Part shown: positions 48,461-61,740 of the stretch, piece by piece
How the letters are laid out: each line of letters starts with the position of its first letter
Position numbering within the stretch: position 1 is the stretch's first letter
Origin: an uncultured Gammaproteobacteria bacterium
GTDB taxonomy: Bacteria > Pseudomonadota > Gammaproteobacteria > Steroidobacterales > Woeseiaceae
Assembly: GCA_963711285.1 (NCBI GenBank)
Contig: CAVQDJ010000018.1
Span: 190,325-254,324 of the forward strand
Reading direction: 5' to 3'
Length of the DNA: 64,000 nt
The notes under the pieces: generated by a model
Told to the model about the DNA's origin: nothing
Database searches by the model: none
What the model saw: the letters and a program-made list of their open reading frames with translations, nothing else
Translations under genes and position numbers: made by a program

Positions 48461-50182
48461 TTGAACTCGTCAGCAAATAGTGTCAAGGCCTATCCCGAGC
48501 TAACCTGGGTTGCCGTCATCGTCGGCTGGATACTCGGCGTCGTCATCGCGGTCTCGATCGGCTATGCCGCATTGATTCTGGGCTTTTCGATCGAAGGCTC
48601 CGAACTGGCTGCCATCCTCGGTTTCGGCATTCTGCGCGGCATGCTGCGGCGCAAGAGCATCATCGAAAACAACATCGTGCAGACGATCGCGAGCGGCGTG
48701 AACGGTGCCTCGTCGGGCATGATGTTTTCGGTGCCCGCAATCTTCCTGCTCGGTTACGGCGACCGCTTCGATCCGGTCATACTGACGTTCGGCTGCATTG
48801 CCGGCGCATTTCTCGGCATCGCGTTCATCATTCCGCTTCGAAAGCACATGATCGACTTCGAGCGCTTGACCTACCCTGGCGGTGTCGCTGTTGCGACCAT
48901 TCTGAAGTCGCCCGGCGCCGGGGTCCGTAAGGCCATTATCCTGGTAGCTGCGGCCCTGATCAGTGCAACCGTGCACGCGATCACAATCAAAACGGGCGTG
49001 TCGAACTGGGATCTCGGTACGCTGATCGGCATGCCAGAGTTCATGAACGGCATCTGGTACCTGTCGCTGATGACCATCGGTGTCGGGTTTATTGCCGGGC
49101 GCGGCGGCATCGCGTTCATCATCGGCGGCTTCGTCGCGTACTGGTTCCTTTCGCCAATGCTTGCGGCCACCGGTAGCTTCCCGCTCGACGAGGCCGGTGA
49201 AATAATCAGCTCGCCCGAACCGCTGCGCCTGTTGCTGTACCGCCCGCTGGGCATCGGCATGCTGATCGGCGGCGCGATTATGGGCGTCATCCTCGCAGCC
49301 CCCTTGATCATGAGCGCGATCAAATCCATGCAGAAAGCAGCGCAGGTCGAGACGAGCACCGCGGGTGAGGAGATGCCGATCAAGCTGCTCTATTTCGCCG
49401 TCGGTGGCGCAGTGATACTGCTCGGCGTCATGGCCGTTACCGCCGTCGAATCGATGACGCTCTGGGGCGGCATCGCGATGGCCATACTCGGCACGCTCTG
49501 GGTCTGGATGGCCGGCATTATCCTGTCCGAGGCTATCGGGCGTACGAACTGGTCACCATTGTCCGGCATGACGCTTGTCGGCATCACGCTGCTTATCGTG
49601 CTGACGCAGGCCCTTGGCATGGATCGCGCCGACTCGATTATCGCCGCGATCATGGTCGGCGCGGCGATGTGCGTCGCCATGTCACAGGCGACCGACCTGA
49701 TGCTCGACCTCAAGACCGGCTACCTCGTCGGCGCAACGCCGCGAATGCAGCAGTTCGGTCAGTTCATCGGCGCGTGGCTCGGACCGATCGTCGTTATCTT
49801 CGTCATCTTTGCGCTGAACGAGGCGTATGAGCTCGGTAGCGCGCGCCTGCCGGCGCCCCAGGCCCAGGCGCTCGCAAGCACGGTAGACGGCATCATGGGC
49901 GGCGACGTGCCGGCGCAGAAATACGCGGCCGGCGCAATTCTCGGTGGCGTTCTCTCGGCGCTCATGGGCGGCCTCGGCATCACGGTCGGCCTCGGCTTCT
50001 ACCTGCCGTTCAACATCGTCCTGACGTATTCGCTGGGCACGCTGGGACGGGAAATTTCCGATCGCGTTAAAGGCAAGGACTGGAGCGACAGCGTCGGCAT
50101 TCCGATCGCGGCGGGTTTCATCGTCGGTGAGGCGCTCGTCGGCGTTGGCGACGCGATCAAGCACGTTTTAGGGGGGCTTTGA
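48461..50182 (+). CDS. OPT-family oligopeptide transporter
   Basis: Polytopic membrane protein of about 570 aa with an OPT-like N-terminus (ELTWVAVIVGWILGVVIAVSIGYAALILGFSIEGSELAAILGFGILR). The start is uncertain: the TTG at 48461 has a GGGGGA upstream, and the longest ORF begins at 48374. Confidence 0.65.
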   Translation: MNSSANSVKAYPELTWVAVIVGWILGVVIAVSIGYAALILGFSIEGSELAAILGFGILRGMLRRKSIIENNIVQTIASGVNGASSGMMFSVPAIFLLGYGDRFDPVILTFGCIAGAFLGIAFIIPLRKHMIDFERLTYPGGVAVATILKSPGAGVRKAIILVAAALISATVHAITIKTGVSNWDLGTLIGMPEFMNGIWYLSLMTIGVGFIAGRGGIAFIIGGFVAYWFLSPMLAATGSFPLDEAGEIISSPEPLRLLLYRPLGIGMLIGGAIMGVILAAPLIMSAIKSMQKAAQVETSTAGEEMPIKLLYFAVGGAVILLGVMAVTAVESMTLWGGIAMAILGTLWVWMAGIILSEAIGRTNWSPLSGMTLVGITLLIVLTQALGMDRADSIIAAIMVGAAMCVAMSQATDLMLDLKTGYLVGATPRMQQFGQFIGAWLGPIVVIFVIFALNEAYELGSARLPAPQAQALASTVDGIMGGDVPAQKYAAGAILGGVLSALMGGLGITVGLGFYLPFNIVLTYSLGTLGREISDRVKGKDWSDSVGIPIAAGFIVGEALVGVGDAIKHVLGGL

Positions 50183-50183
50183 C

Positions 50184-50711
50184 ATGAAGAAAATTGCTTA
50201 CGTACTTATCTGCGGTGGTTTTCTTTTCGGTGCGTACACGACTGCCCTCCACATCAATGACGTCGACTGGATGCTGTTCGGCGTCGCAGCTATTGCAGCC
50301 ATTGCCGGCGTCATCATGGCAAAGCGCACGGATCGTGCGCAGGCAACGTCGGGAGACGTCCTGGAGACCAACCGCAACGAACTCAATGAGTCCATCGCGA
50401 ACATCGTGCGGGATCTGGGGGAGATGGCCGACGGCGACATTGCGAAGGGTGAGCAGCTGCGCGACTGGATAGATCAAAAACTGCGTCCGGACCTGCGGCG
50501 CTTTGTCGATGCCCGGGCGAGCATGGTGCACCTGTTCGGTCTGCAGACCTATGCGGATATCATGAGTGAATTCGCCGCCGGCGAGCGCTATATCAACAGA
50601 GTGTGGTCATCGTCAGCGGACGGCTACGATCACGAAGCCGACTCCTATGTACGCAAGGCGGCCGAGCAGTTCCGGCATGCGCAGGCACAGCTAGCTCAAG
50701 CAAGCCGCTAG
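50184..50711 (+). CDS. hypothetical two-TM membrane protein
   Basis: 175-aa ORF starting 1 nt after the OPT stop, which suggests translational coupling. Two N-terminal hydrophobic helices are followed by a charged helical tail. I do not recognise the family. Confidence 0.5.
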   Translation: MKKIAYVLICGGFLFGAYTTALHINDVDWMLFGVAAIAAIAGVIMAKRTDRAQATSGDVLETNRNELNESIANIVRDLGEMADGDIAKGEQLRDWIDQKLRPDLRRFVDARASMVHLFGLQTYADIMSEFAAGERYINRVWSSSADGYDHEADSYVRKAAEQFRHAQAQLAQASR

Positions 50712-52809
<2,098 letters not shown>

Positions 52810-52906
52810 TGCGCATCCAGTTGTCGAAAAGAGACGGAGATAGCGTAGTTTACTTAAGGACGTCGCTCCGACGCGAATCCTCTAATTCTGGTAGCATCCA
52901 GTCATC

Positions 52907-53288
52907 ATGTACGGCCAACTCATCGAACAGGCGGAGAAGTACCTCAAGTCGCTGTATGCGCAGGACAACTACGCCGCGCAGCTAAAGCGCAAACTGGCGG
53001 AATTGCTCGCTGCGGGTGAGCGCCAGCGCCGATGATGCCTGCCGGGCGCTGAAACTCAGCCGCCGCACGCTGCAGCGCCGACTCAAGGCCGAGAAAACGA
53101 GCTTCCAGAAAGTGCTGCAGGAAGTGCGTGCCGTGCTCGCCGTCAACTACCTGAGTGATGAACGTCTGAAAGCGCTCGAGGTCGCGATGCTGCTCGGTTA
53201 CTCGAGCATCAGTTCGTTCACGACTGCGTTCAAGTCCTGGTACGACATGCCGCCCGCCGAGTACCGGCAGAAGTTTCTCGCCGCATAA
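52907..53288 (+). pseudogene. AraC-family HTH regulator remnant (DNA-binding domain only, frameshifted at the GGG run 53014-53016)
   Basis: The 90-aa ORF is a complete AraC dual-HTH domain (ACRALKLSRRTLQRRLKAEKTSFQKVL...VAMLLGYSSISSFTTAFKSWYDMPPAEYR). Only about 37 codons of upstream reading frame (MYGQLIEQAEKYL...LAELLAAG) exist, and they are in another frame. No ligand or dimerisation domain is present. Confidence 0.55.
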
Positions 53289-53342
53289 TCTGCAGGATCC
53301 CGCTCGCGTCGAGCGGAATCCGGAAATGCGGTCGACCGAAGA

Positions 53343-54642
53343 CTAGCTTGCCTTGCGCATCTCGCCCGTCAGCCGGTTGATAACCCCGCCGACCACGTCG
53401 AGCGCCTCGTCCAGCAACTCTGGCTCGATCGTGAGCGGCGGCAGGAAACGGATCACGTTGCCGCGCACACCGCAGGTCAGCAGCATTACGCCTTCGTTCA
53501 GGGCTGCATCTGAAACTGATTGGGTCAGTTCCGGATCCGGGCGATCGGCATCGCCATCGTGCACGAACTCGATCGCACTCATCGCCCCTGTCGTGCGGAC
53601 ATCGCCGATTGCATTGTTAGCAGCCTGCAGTGCCGTTGCCCAGACGCTGATCTTCTCGCCGATGGCCTTCGCTTTATCGCACAGCCCTTCTTCTTCGATG
53701 ATATCGAGCACTGCGTGACCTGCAGCGCAGGAGAGCGGCGGCCCACCGTAGGTGCTGCCCACGCCGCCCGGCGGAATCGAATCCATAATCTCGGCCTTGC
53801 CGATGACACCAGACAACGGCAGGCCGCCGGCGATGCTTTTGGCCACCGGCATGAGGTCCGGTTCGATACCGCTCTGCTCGCACGCGAACATCGTACCGGT
53901 GCGGCCGAAGCCCGACTGCACCTCGTCAACGATCAGAACGATGCCGTGCTCGTCACACACGCGCCGCAGCGACGCGAGGAAACCTGCCGGTGCCGGATAG
54001 AAACCACCTTCGCCCTGCACGGGCTCGATAATAATTGCCGCCACGCGGGACGGTTCTATATCCGCCTTGAATAGCCTGTCGAGAGCATCGAGCGAGTCTT
54101 CGGCCGACACGCCGTGGTACCCGATCGGGTACGGCACGTGATAAATCTCGGGAGGGAACGGGCCAAAGCCCTGCTTGTAGGGCAGCCATTTTGCCCGTCA
54201 GCGCCATGGCGAGCATCGTGCGGCCGTGAAACGCGCCCGTGAACGCGATGATGCCGCTGCGGCCCGTGTGCAGACGAGCGATTTTTGCTGCATTTTCAAC
54301 GGCTTCTGCACCAGATACAAAAAAGACTGTCTTCTTCCGCGAGTTGCCCGGTGCCGCCTTGTTGAGACGCTCCGCGAGTCGGACATACACGTCGTACGGC
54401 GAGACGACGAAACAGGTATGGCTAAAGCGGTCGAGTTGCGCCTTGATCGCCGCGACCACCCGGGGATGATTATGTCCAACGTTGGTGACGGCAATGCCGG
54501 CGGACAGATCGATATAACGCTTGCCCTCCACGTCCCACAGTTCGGCATTTCTGGCCTTGTCGGTGAATATCTCGTGCAGCACCACGATGCCCTGTGGCGT
54601 CTCGCTGTCGCGGATCTTCAGCAACTCTTTGTTGGTCGTCAT
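53343..54642 (-). CDS. gabT: 4-aminobutyrate--2-oxoglutarate transaminase (class III PLP aminotransferase), apparent frameshift in the A/T run 54189-54192
   Basis: Motifs: DVEGKRYIDLSAGIAVTNVGHNHP, SGAEAVENAAKIAR, IIIEPVQGEGGF, LIVDEVQSGFGRTG. Skipping one A of AAAA restores ...LTGK/WLPYKQGFGPFPPEIYHVPYPIGYHGVS... Confidence 0.88.
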
Positions 54643-54725
54643 GGTCTATCTCCAAAGCCCCTGCGGGACAGGCTACACGAGCCGTTTTAGGATATCATTT
54701 GCCGCCCGCTCAGTGAGGACTATTG

Positions 54726-56168
54726 ATGCGCGAAATGCTGCAGTTTTACATAGACGGCAAATGGGTCGACCCCGTTACCCCGAATACGCTGGACGTTGTC
54801 AATCCGGCCACTGAGGAAGTCTGCGGACGGATCAGTCTCGGCTCGAAAGCCGATGTCGACCTCGCCGTCGCGGCGGCGAAAAAAGCTTTCGCAACGTATT
54901 CGCAAACCACGCGCACTGAGCGCGTGGACCTGTTGCAATCGATACTCGATGAGTTCACTAAGCGTCACGATGATATCGCTGAAGCAATCATGGATGAGAT
55001 GGGGGCGCCGTGGAGCCTTGCAAGAAACGCTCAGGCGGCCAGCGGCCCGCAACACATCAAAGCATCGCTCAGGGCGCTGAAAAATTTCGAATTCGAAGAG
55101 CGCAACCGCACCACGCTGATTGTGAAAGAACCGATCGGCGTGTGTGGTCTGATCACGCCTTGGAACTGGCCGATCAACCAGATTGCGGTCAAGGTGGCGC
55201 CCGCCCTCGCAGCGGGCTGCACGATGGTGTTGAAGCCGAGCGAGATTGCGCCGTTTGACGCGATGATTTTCGCCGAAGTTCTCGACGCGGCAGGCGTACC
55301 AGCAGGTGTCTTTAACCTCGTCAATGGCGATGGTCCTGGTGTTGGTACTGCACTGAGCCAGCACCCGGACGTAGACATGATGTCGTTCACGGGCTCGACC
55401 CGCGCAGGTGTCGCGGTTGCCCGGAATGCGGCGCCGTCTGTCAAACGCGTTGCTCAGGAACTCGGCGGCAAGTCCGCGAACATCATACTTGCCGATGCAG
55501 ATTTTGAGAAAGCAGTCAGGAGCGGCGCCGAAGATTGCTTCCAGAACACAGGGCAGTCCTGCGATGCGCCGACCCGCATGCTGGTGCCCAAGGACCGCAT
55601 CGACGAAGCCGCGGAACTTGCCGCGTCGGTCGCGGCGGCAACCGTAGTCGGTGACCCGCGCGACGAAAGCACCGAAGTTGGGCCGCTCGTGTCCGAGGCG
55701 CAGTGGAACAAAGTGCAGACGCTGATCCAGAAAGGACTAGATGAGGGCGCGACGCTCGTCGCCGGCGGAACCGGGCGGCCAACAGGTCTCGACAAAGGCT
55801 ATTTCGCAAAGCCAACCGTTTTTGCCAACGTGAGCAACGACATGACGATCGCACGGGAAGAGATATTCGGCCCGGTCCTCTCGATCATCCCATACGAAGA
55901 CGACGACGATGCTGTGCGTATCGCCAATGACACGCCCTATGGGCTCTCGGGCTATGTTTCGTCATCCAGCCTCGATCATGCTCGCCGCGTCGCCGCACGA
56001 TTGCGTACCGGAATGGTCCATATCAATGGCGCACATCTCGATTCGGCCGCACCTTTCGGCGGTTACAAGCAATCGGGTAACGGCCGCGAATGGGGTGCGC
56101 ATGGCATGGACGAGTTTCTCGAAATCAAATCGATCTACGGCTTCGAAGCCAATAATCAGTCTAACTAA
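54726..56168 (+). CDS. NAD(P)-dependent aldehyde dehydrogenase
   Basis: ALDH signatures are present (ITPWNWP, FTGSTRAG, ELGGKSANII, FQNTGQSCDAPTRM, EEIFGPV, PFGGYKQSG). Length is 480 aa. Confidence 0.9.
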   Translation: MREMLQFYIDGKWVDPVTPNTLDVVNPATEEVCGRISLGSKADVDLAVAAAKKAFATYSQTTRTERVDLLQSILDEFTKRHDDIAEAIMDEMGAPWSLARNAQAASGPQHIKASLRALKNFEFEERNRTTLIVKEPIGVCGLITPWNWPINQIAVKVAPALAAGCTMVLKPSEIAPFDAMIFAEVLDAAGVPAGVFNLVNGDGPGVGTALSQHPDVDMMSFTGSTRAGVAVARNAAPSVKRVAQELGGKSANIILADADFEKAVRSGAEDCFQNTGQSCDAPTRMLVPKDRIDEAAELAASVAAATVVGDPRDESTEVGPLVSEAQWNKVQTLIQKGLDEGATLVAGGTGRPTGLDKGYFAKPTVFANVSNDMTIAREEIFGPVLSIIPYEDDDDAVRIANDTPYGLSGYVSSSSLDHARRVAARLRTGMVHINGAHLDSAAPFGGYKQSGNGREWGAHGMDEFLEIKSIYGFEANNQSN

Positions 56169-56181
56169 GCGGAATTCCTGA

Positions 56182-57536
56182 ATGAAGCGTTATCTTATCC
56201 TCGCCATTTGCGTGGCTGCAGTCTGTTTCGGCGCCTGCAGTAATGAATCCAAGTTACCCGTTGCTACCGGCGACGCGAACATTCGGGCAATCAACGCAAT
56301 CCCTACGGCACCTGCGTTTTCATTCCTGATCGAAGAGCGGCTTATCGGGTCGGCGGAGTACCGGGCAGCGACGCCGAACGCCAGTTACGATGACCTGGAA
56401 TACACGTTCAACTTCGAAGTACTGTTAGCGGGAGGTTCGGCTCGCACCCGCGTCGCCAGCCAGTTCCTGGATGTCGAAGCAGACAAGGATTACACGTTCG
56501 TTATAAGCGGCACGATCGCGGCCCCTGTTATCACCCTGTGGGAAGACGCTTCGCGCGAATGGGCCGGTGACGAAACTACGTTCGAAGCACGCTTCGCAAA
56601 CACGGCCGCAACGCTCGGCGACGTAGACGTCTATTTTGCCGAGGCAATGGACCCGCCAACCGCGCCAGTTGCCGGTGCGGCTACCGGCACGCTGGCCTCT
56701 GGTGAAATTATGCCGACCGCCGAATTCGCCGCAGGCGAGTATATTCTGACGGTCACTCCGACCGGCGATGAAACAACGATCCTGTTTCAGTCCGAGCCGT
56801 TTGCGCCGATAGCTCAGAGCTCGATTATCCTGAGTGTGTTCGACAGTAGTCCGAATGACCTGGCACCGGCTTTCGTAAGTGTGATCAGCGTGGGCCTCGG
56901 CAGCAGCGGCGCGCTGCTCGACTCGAGATTTGACCCTACCATTCGGTTTTTCCATGCTTCGATCAATTCGGGTGACGTCGACGTCTATATCGATGATCCA
57001 CTTGGCACCGCGATCGTCTCGGACCACATGTTCCTGAACGTCACCGGCGACATCGAGATCCCGGCCGGCGACCTGCCACTCACCTATACGACAGCCGGAG
57101 GTGTGGGATCGATCCTGATCGATGATGACAGAACGGTTATCGCGGGTACTCGCAGCAACTACTACCTTGTGCAGAATGCAGCCGGCGACACCGCTATCGT
57201 CGCAGCCAACCTTGACCGTCGATCAGTCGAGACGTTCGCGCAGCTGAGTTTCATCAATACGGCTTCAAACCACGTCTCGGTCGATGTGTATATCGTCGAA
57301 GCCGACGAACTTATCGACGAGGCCTCTCCGGCCATACCGGGCCTGACGGTTGGCAGTTCGCCCGCTGACTCACCTTTCCCTGCTGGCAGCTATGATATTT
57401 ATGTCACGCCGCTCGACGAGAAGGATGTCATTGTCGGGCCGGTGCGGCTCGACACGGCGACCGGCGATATCATCGATACCGTCATTTACGACAACGTCGA
57501 TCCGGCGATCGCTGACCTGGTCTTTATTCCACAGCC

Positions 57537-57540
<4 letters not shown>
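56182..57540 (+). CDS. lipoprotein with repeated DUF4397-like modules
   Basis: A lipobox is present (LAICVAAVCFGAC). The pattern typical of DUF4397 proteins recurs (IRAINAIPTAP, GDVDVYF, GDVDVYIDD, VSVDVYIVE). Confidence 0.55.
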
Positions 57541-58644
<1,104 letters not shown>

Positions 58645-58652
<8 letters not shown>

Positions 58653-59085
58653 TTTTTTCTGTCCGGTTCTCCTCGTCGAGCCGGTTGATCAAGTCTTCGA
58701 CACGCTGCCGGATGTCATCGCGGCTCGCTCGGAATACTGCCAGTACTTCATCCGCTGACCCCGTTGCTTTGGCTGGATCACTAAGGGGCCAATGTTCCTT
58801 CCGTATTCCTACGGGCAGGACGGGACAATTGTCATCCGCGTTGGCGCACACTGTCACTACGTAGTTAGCGACGGCCAGCATCTCGTTGGTGAGCGTCGTG
58901 GACTCCTGCTGGGAGATATCCAGGCCCGCCTCTCTCATCACTTCGATCGCGACCGGGTTCTTGCCGTGTGACTCAATGCCAGCGGATTGCACCGCAATCC
59001 TGTTGCCTCCGAGGTGGCGGGCCCAGCCTTCCGCGATTTGTGAGCGACAGGAGTTACCGGTACACAGGAAGAGCACGTCAGGCAC
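58645..59085 (-). CDS. arsC: arsenate reductase (LMW-PTPase / thioredoxin-coupled type)
   Basis: The catalytic P-loop VLFLCTGNSCRSQIAEGW is present, with downstream Cys residues (VTVCANADDNCP). The start is uncertain: a GTG at 59085 or a GTG at 59130. Confidence 0.85.
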
Positions 59086-59212
59086 AGCAGCGTGATTCCC
59101 GCTTCGGCTTTGATCCTTGCTCCGGTACACGATCGTCGCCGAACAGTGTTCGATAGAACGCTATCGACTGGTCGAGATCCGCGACCGAAACGTTGACGTG
59201 AAATCGCCTCAT
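59078..59212 (-). pseudogene. remnant of a glyoxalase/VOC-family (ArsI/CadI-like) gene
   Basis: A good GAGGAG Shine-Dalgarno precedes the ATG at 59212. It encodes MRRFHVNVSVADLDQSIAFYRTLFG, the conserved first beta-alpha unit of VOC proteins. Similarity is then lost and a stop follows after 44 codons, overlapping the arsC start region. Confidence 0.4.
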
Positions 59213-59222
59213 GTGAGACTCC

Positions 59223-59549
59223 TCAGCATATGATGGACGCCGCGATGGGATCGCAGAGCTGCGCGCTGCCACCGCAGCAGTCCTTCATCAGATAGACGAT
59301 CAGGCCGCCGAGCGCATCGAAGTCAGCCCGATAAATAATGTGGCGGCCATCACGCTGGCTCGTGACCATTCCGGCCCTATGCAGCTTGGCAAGATGACTG
59401 GACATCGTATTCTGCCGCGCGTCCATACGCTCGGCGATGTCACCGGCCGACAGCCCCTCGGGTCCGGCCTGCACGAGCAAACGAAACACACCGAGCCGCG
59501 TTTCATGGGCGAGCGCCTCGAGCGCCGATACAGCGGTGTCCAATTGCAT
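59223..59549 (-). CDS. arsR: ArsR/SmtB-family metalloregulator
   Basis: The winged HTH reads LEALAHETRLGVFRLL...LSAGDIAERMDARQNTMSSHLAKLHRAGMV. The C-terminus is Cys-rich (MKDCCGGSAQLCD). The ATG at 59549 is preferred. An alternative GTG lies at 59591. Confidence 0.85.
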   Translation of the reverse strand: MQLDTAVSALEALAHETRLGVFRLLVQAGPEGLSAGDIAERMDARQNTMSSHLAKLHRAGMVTSQRDGRHIIYRADFDALGGLIVYLMKDCCGGSAQLCDPIAASIIC

Positions 59550-59562
59550 ATTTCGATTATTC

Positions 59563-59574
59563 TCGATATATCGA
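59563..59574. promoter_or_regulatory. perfect 12-bp palindrome TCGATATATCGA; candidate ArsR operator
   Basis: It lies 14-25 nt upstream of the arsR ATG (59549), within a stretch containing three TCGAT motifs (tTCGATtattcTCGATataTCGATtaat). Confidence 0.35.
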
Positions 59575-59712
59575 TTAATTGCAAGCGTCACCTGGTCGGG
59601 ATGTTGCCTATCGGAAGTAAAGCTCAGCGTAGCGAGCTCCCGTCAGGCGGGATCGAGACATGAAGATAAGCAACATGCCGGACGCGGGGCGGTTGCTCCA
59701 ATATTCAGCGAG

Positions 59713-61638
59713 CTATGATGCGGTGGCGGCCTCAACGTAGGCGGCAGGGTCGTTGGCCGCATCACCGTTCTGCGACAGTGACTTGGCGTTGTACATGGCC
59801 TGGTCGGCGACGCTGACCAGGTGCCAGAGTTCTTCGCCGTGTTTCGGCATCAGAGCAATGCCGACACTCGCCGTGCATTGAATTTCCTGGCCTTGAATGA
59901 TGTAGGCCTCCGATGCCGTCTTCACGACACGCTCGGCAACATGCTTGGCATCTGTAACGCTTACACCCGGCAAGACTATCGCAAATTCGTCGCCGCCTAG
60001 CCGCCCCAGGACGTCTTCAGGCCTGAGGCAATACTCGAGGCGGTGGCCAAATGCTTTGAGCAGAGCATCGCCGGCATGGTGGCCAAAACGGTCGTTGATG
60101 GTCTTGAAGTGGTTGAGATCGAGATACAACACGGCACCTGTTTTGTTCGCACGCACGCATGTGGCGCCCTCTTTCTCGAATCCGCGACGATTTAACGCAT
60201 TCGTCAGCGGGTCGCGCAACGCATCCGCCAGCATTTTGTCTTCATTTCGCTTGCGCTGCGTGATATCGACCAAAGTAATCGAAAAGTCATCACCGACCGG
60301 CTCGCCGACAACGCGAAGCCAACCCTCACCATTACCCCGCTCCGAGCGCGTTTCGAAACTCAGGGTCGAAATTTCGCCTACTTCATCATTGAAATGTGCA
60401 GTCAGTCGTTCGGGATCAAGTTGCGAGAGCTTGTGTAGCGGCATTCCAACCAGCGTTCCCGTGCCAGAGCTCAGGTAGTTTTCAGCCGCACGATTGGCGA
60501 ATACGCAGCGAAATCGCAGTCCCTTTTCGTTGCGATCACGCGCAAAGCGCAGGATCCCGTTCGACGAGGTTTCGATCAATGTACGAATAAGGTGTTCACT
60601 GTCGACAAGCTGATGTTGCGCCTTGCGTCGCTCTGTAACGTTGCGGCAAACGACGACCATGCCGAGACTTTGACCTTTCGGGCTCTTGAGCGGGGCGACA
60701 CTGAGTTCGTAGATATGATTCTTGTCGAATTTGAGTGTCTGCGTCAGGTCCAGTTCGTTGGCCTGCTTGAGGATCGCCTTCGCTTCCGGGAAGTCTTCCC
60801 ATAACCGCTGACCGATCAGCTCTCTTTCCGTGCCATTGAGAAGATCTTCTGCGCTTTTGTTGGCACATACGATTCGCTCATCGTGATCAAGCACAATAAT
60901 CGGATCGCGCACGTGATCGAATAAAGTCTGATAGCCAACCGGACTGAATTCATAAAAGCGCATCGACATGGAAACGTACGCAAACAGTGGCAGCAGCAGC
61001 ACAAGCGTCAGCGAAGTAAATGGAAAATCAGCCGAGCCGATCCCAAACAGGCGATTCGCAACGTTGACGGCAAACGGTAGCAGCGTGCAGCCGAGCAGCA
61101 TCAGCACCGTGCGACGGTGCGCCAGTGCGATCGTCGGTAATCGGGCCGCAAGAGCGGCTATCGTGAAGCCGATCAACCCATACATGAATGGCGCATGCAC
61201 ACGATTGAACCAGTAGTGTTCGGTAATGTCCGTAAAACGAATACCTGCCTCTGTCTCGACGACCGCCCAGATGATGTTGTGCATGGGATTCGTCAGAGCA
61301 AGCAGTGTCGTCGCGATGGGAACGACACAGAGCAATGCAATGAACAGGGCGCTGGGCGCGCCGACCGTGTATTCACGGTAGATGACGTAGAACGCGACCG
61401 GCAAGAAACCGGATGCGAAGAACGCCAGGGTTCGACCGATGCCATAGATATTCGGGTCGTTGGTTCCGTAAGAGAATGCGCTACCTGCCACCAGCGCACC
61501 GACCAAAAAGAATATGAACGCGACGGCGCTGTTCGCATGTTGTGGCGACGATCGCGTAACGCGAACAGCCAGTACGAGATAGGCAACCGCAGCAATGGCG
61601 AGGAGTGGCCGCACAAACAAATCGAGTGTCTCGATCAT
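59713..61638 (-). CDS. membrane sensor diguanylate cyclase (multi-TM N-domain, PAS, GGDEF)
   Basis: About 7 N-terminal TM helices are followed by PAS-like segments (DPIIVLDHDERIVCANKSAEDLL...) and a GGDEF domain with an intact motif (LGRLGGDEFAIVL). Confidence 0.85.
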   Translation of the reverse strand: MIETLDLFVRPLLAIAAVAYLVLAVRVTRSSPQHANSAVAFIFFLVGALVAGSAFSYGTNDPNIYGIGRTLAFFASGFLPVAFYVIYREYTVGAPSALFIALLCVVPIATTLLALTNPMHNIIWAVVETEAGIRFTDITEHYWFNRVHAPFMYGLIGFTIAALAARLPTIALAHRRTVLMLLGCTLLPFAVNVANRLFGIGSADFPFTSLTLVLLLPLFAYVSMSMRFYEFSPVGYQTLFDHVRDPIIVLDHDERIVCANKSAEDLLNGTERELIGQRLWEDFPEAKAILKQANELDLTQTLKFDKNHIYELSVAPLKSPKGQSLGMVVVCRNVTERRKAQHQLVDSEHLIRTLIETSSNGILRFARDRNEKGLRFRCVFANRAAENYLSSGTGTLVGMPLHKLSQLDPERLTAHFNDEVGEISTLSFETRSERGNGEGWLRVVGEPVGDDFSITLVDITQRKRNEDKMLADALRDPLTNALNRRGFEKEGATCVRANKTGAVLYLDLNHFKTINDRFGHHAGDALLKAFGHRLEYCLRPEDVLGRLGGDEFAIVLPGVSVTDAKHVAERVVKTASEAYIIQGQEIQCTASVGIALMPKHGEELWHLVSVADQAMYNAKSLSQNGDAANDPAAYVEAATAS

Positions 61639-61740
61639 GCGTGGACCTCACGCGCAACTTGGTCAATTATGCATTGCATCCCGTGATGCTAGCCGGGATC
61701 GGGGAGACATAATGCGACCTGTGCCCCATTATCAAAAAGG

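Noticed and set aside
54720-55364. A 214-aa minus-strand ORF lies antisense to the aldehyde dehydrogenase gene.
   Set aside because: It is a shadow ORF in GC-rich coding DNA with no recognisable motifs. The plus-strand ALDH signatures are unambiguous.
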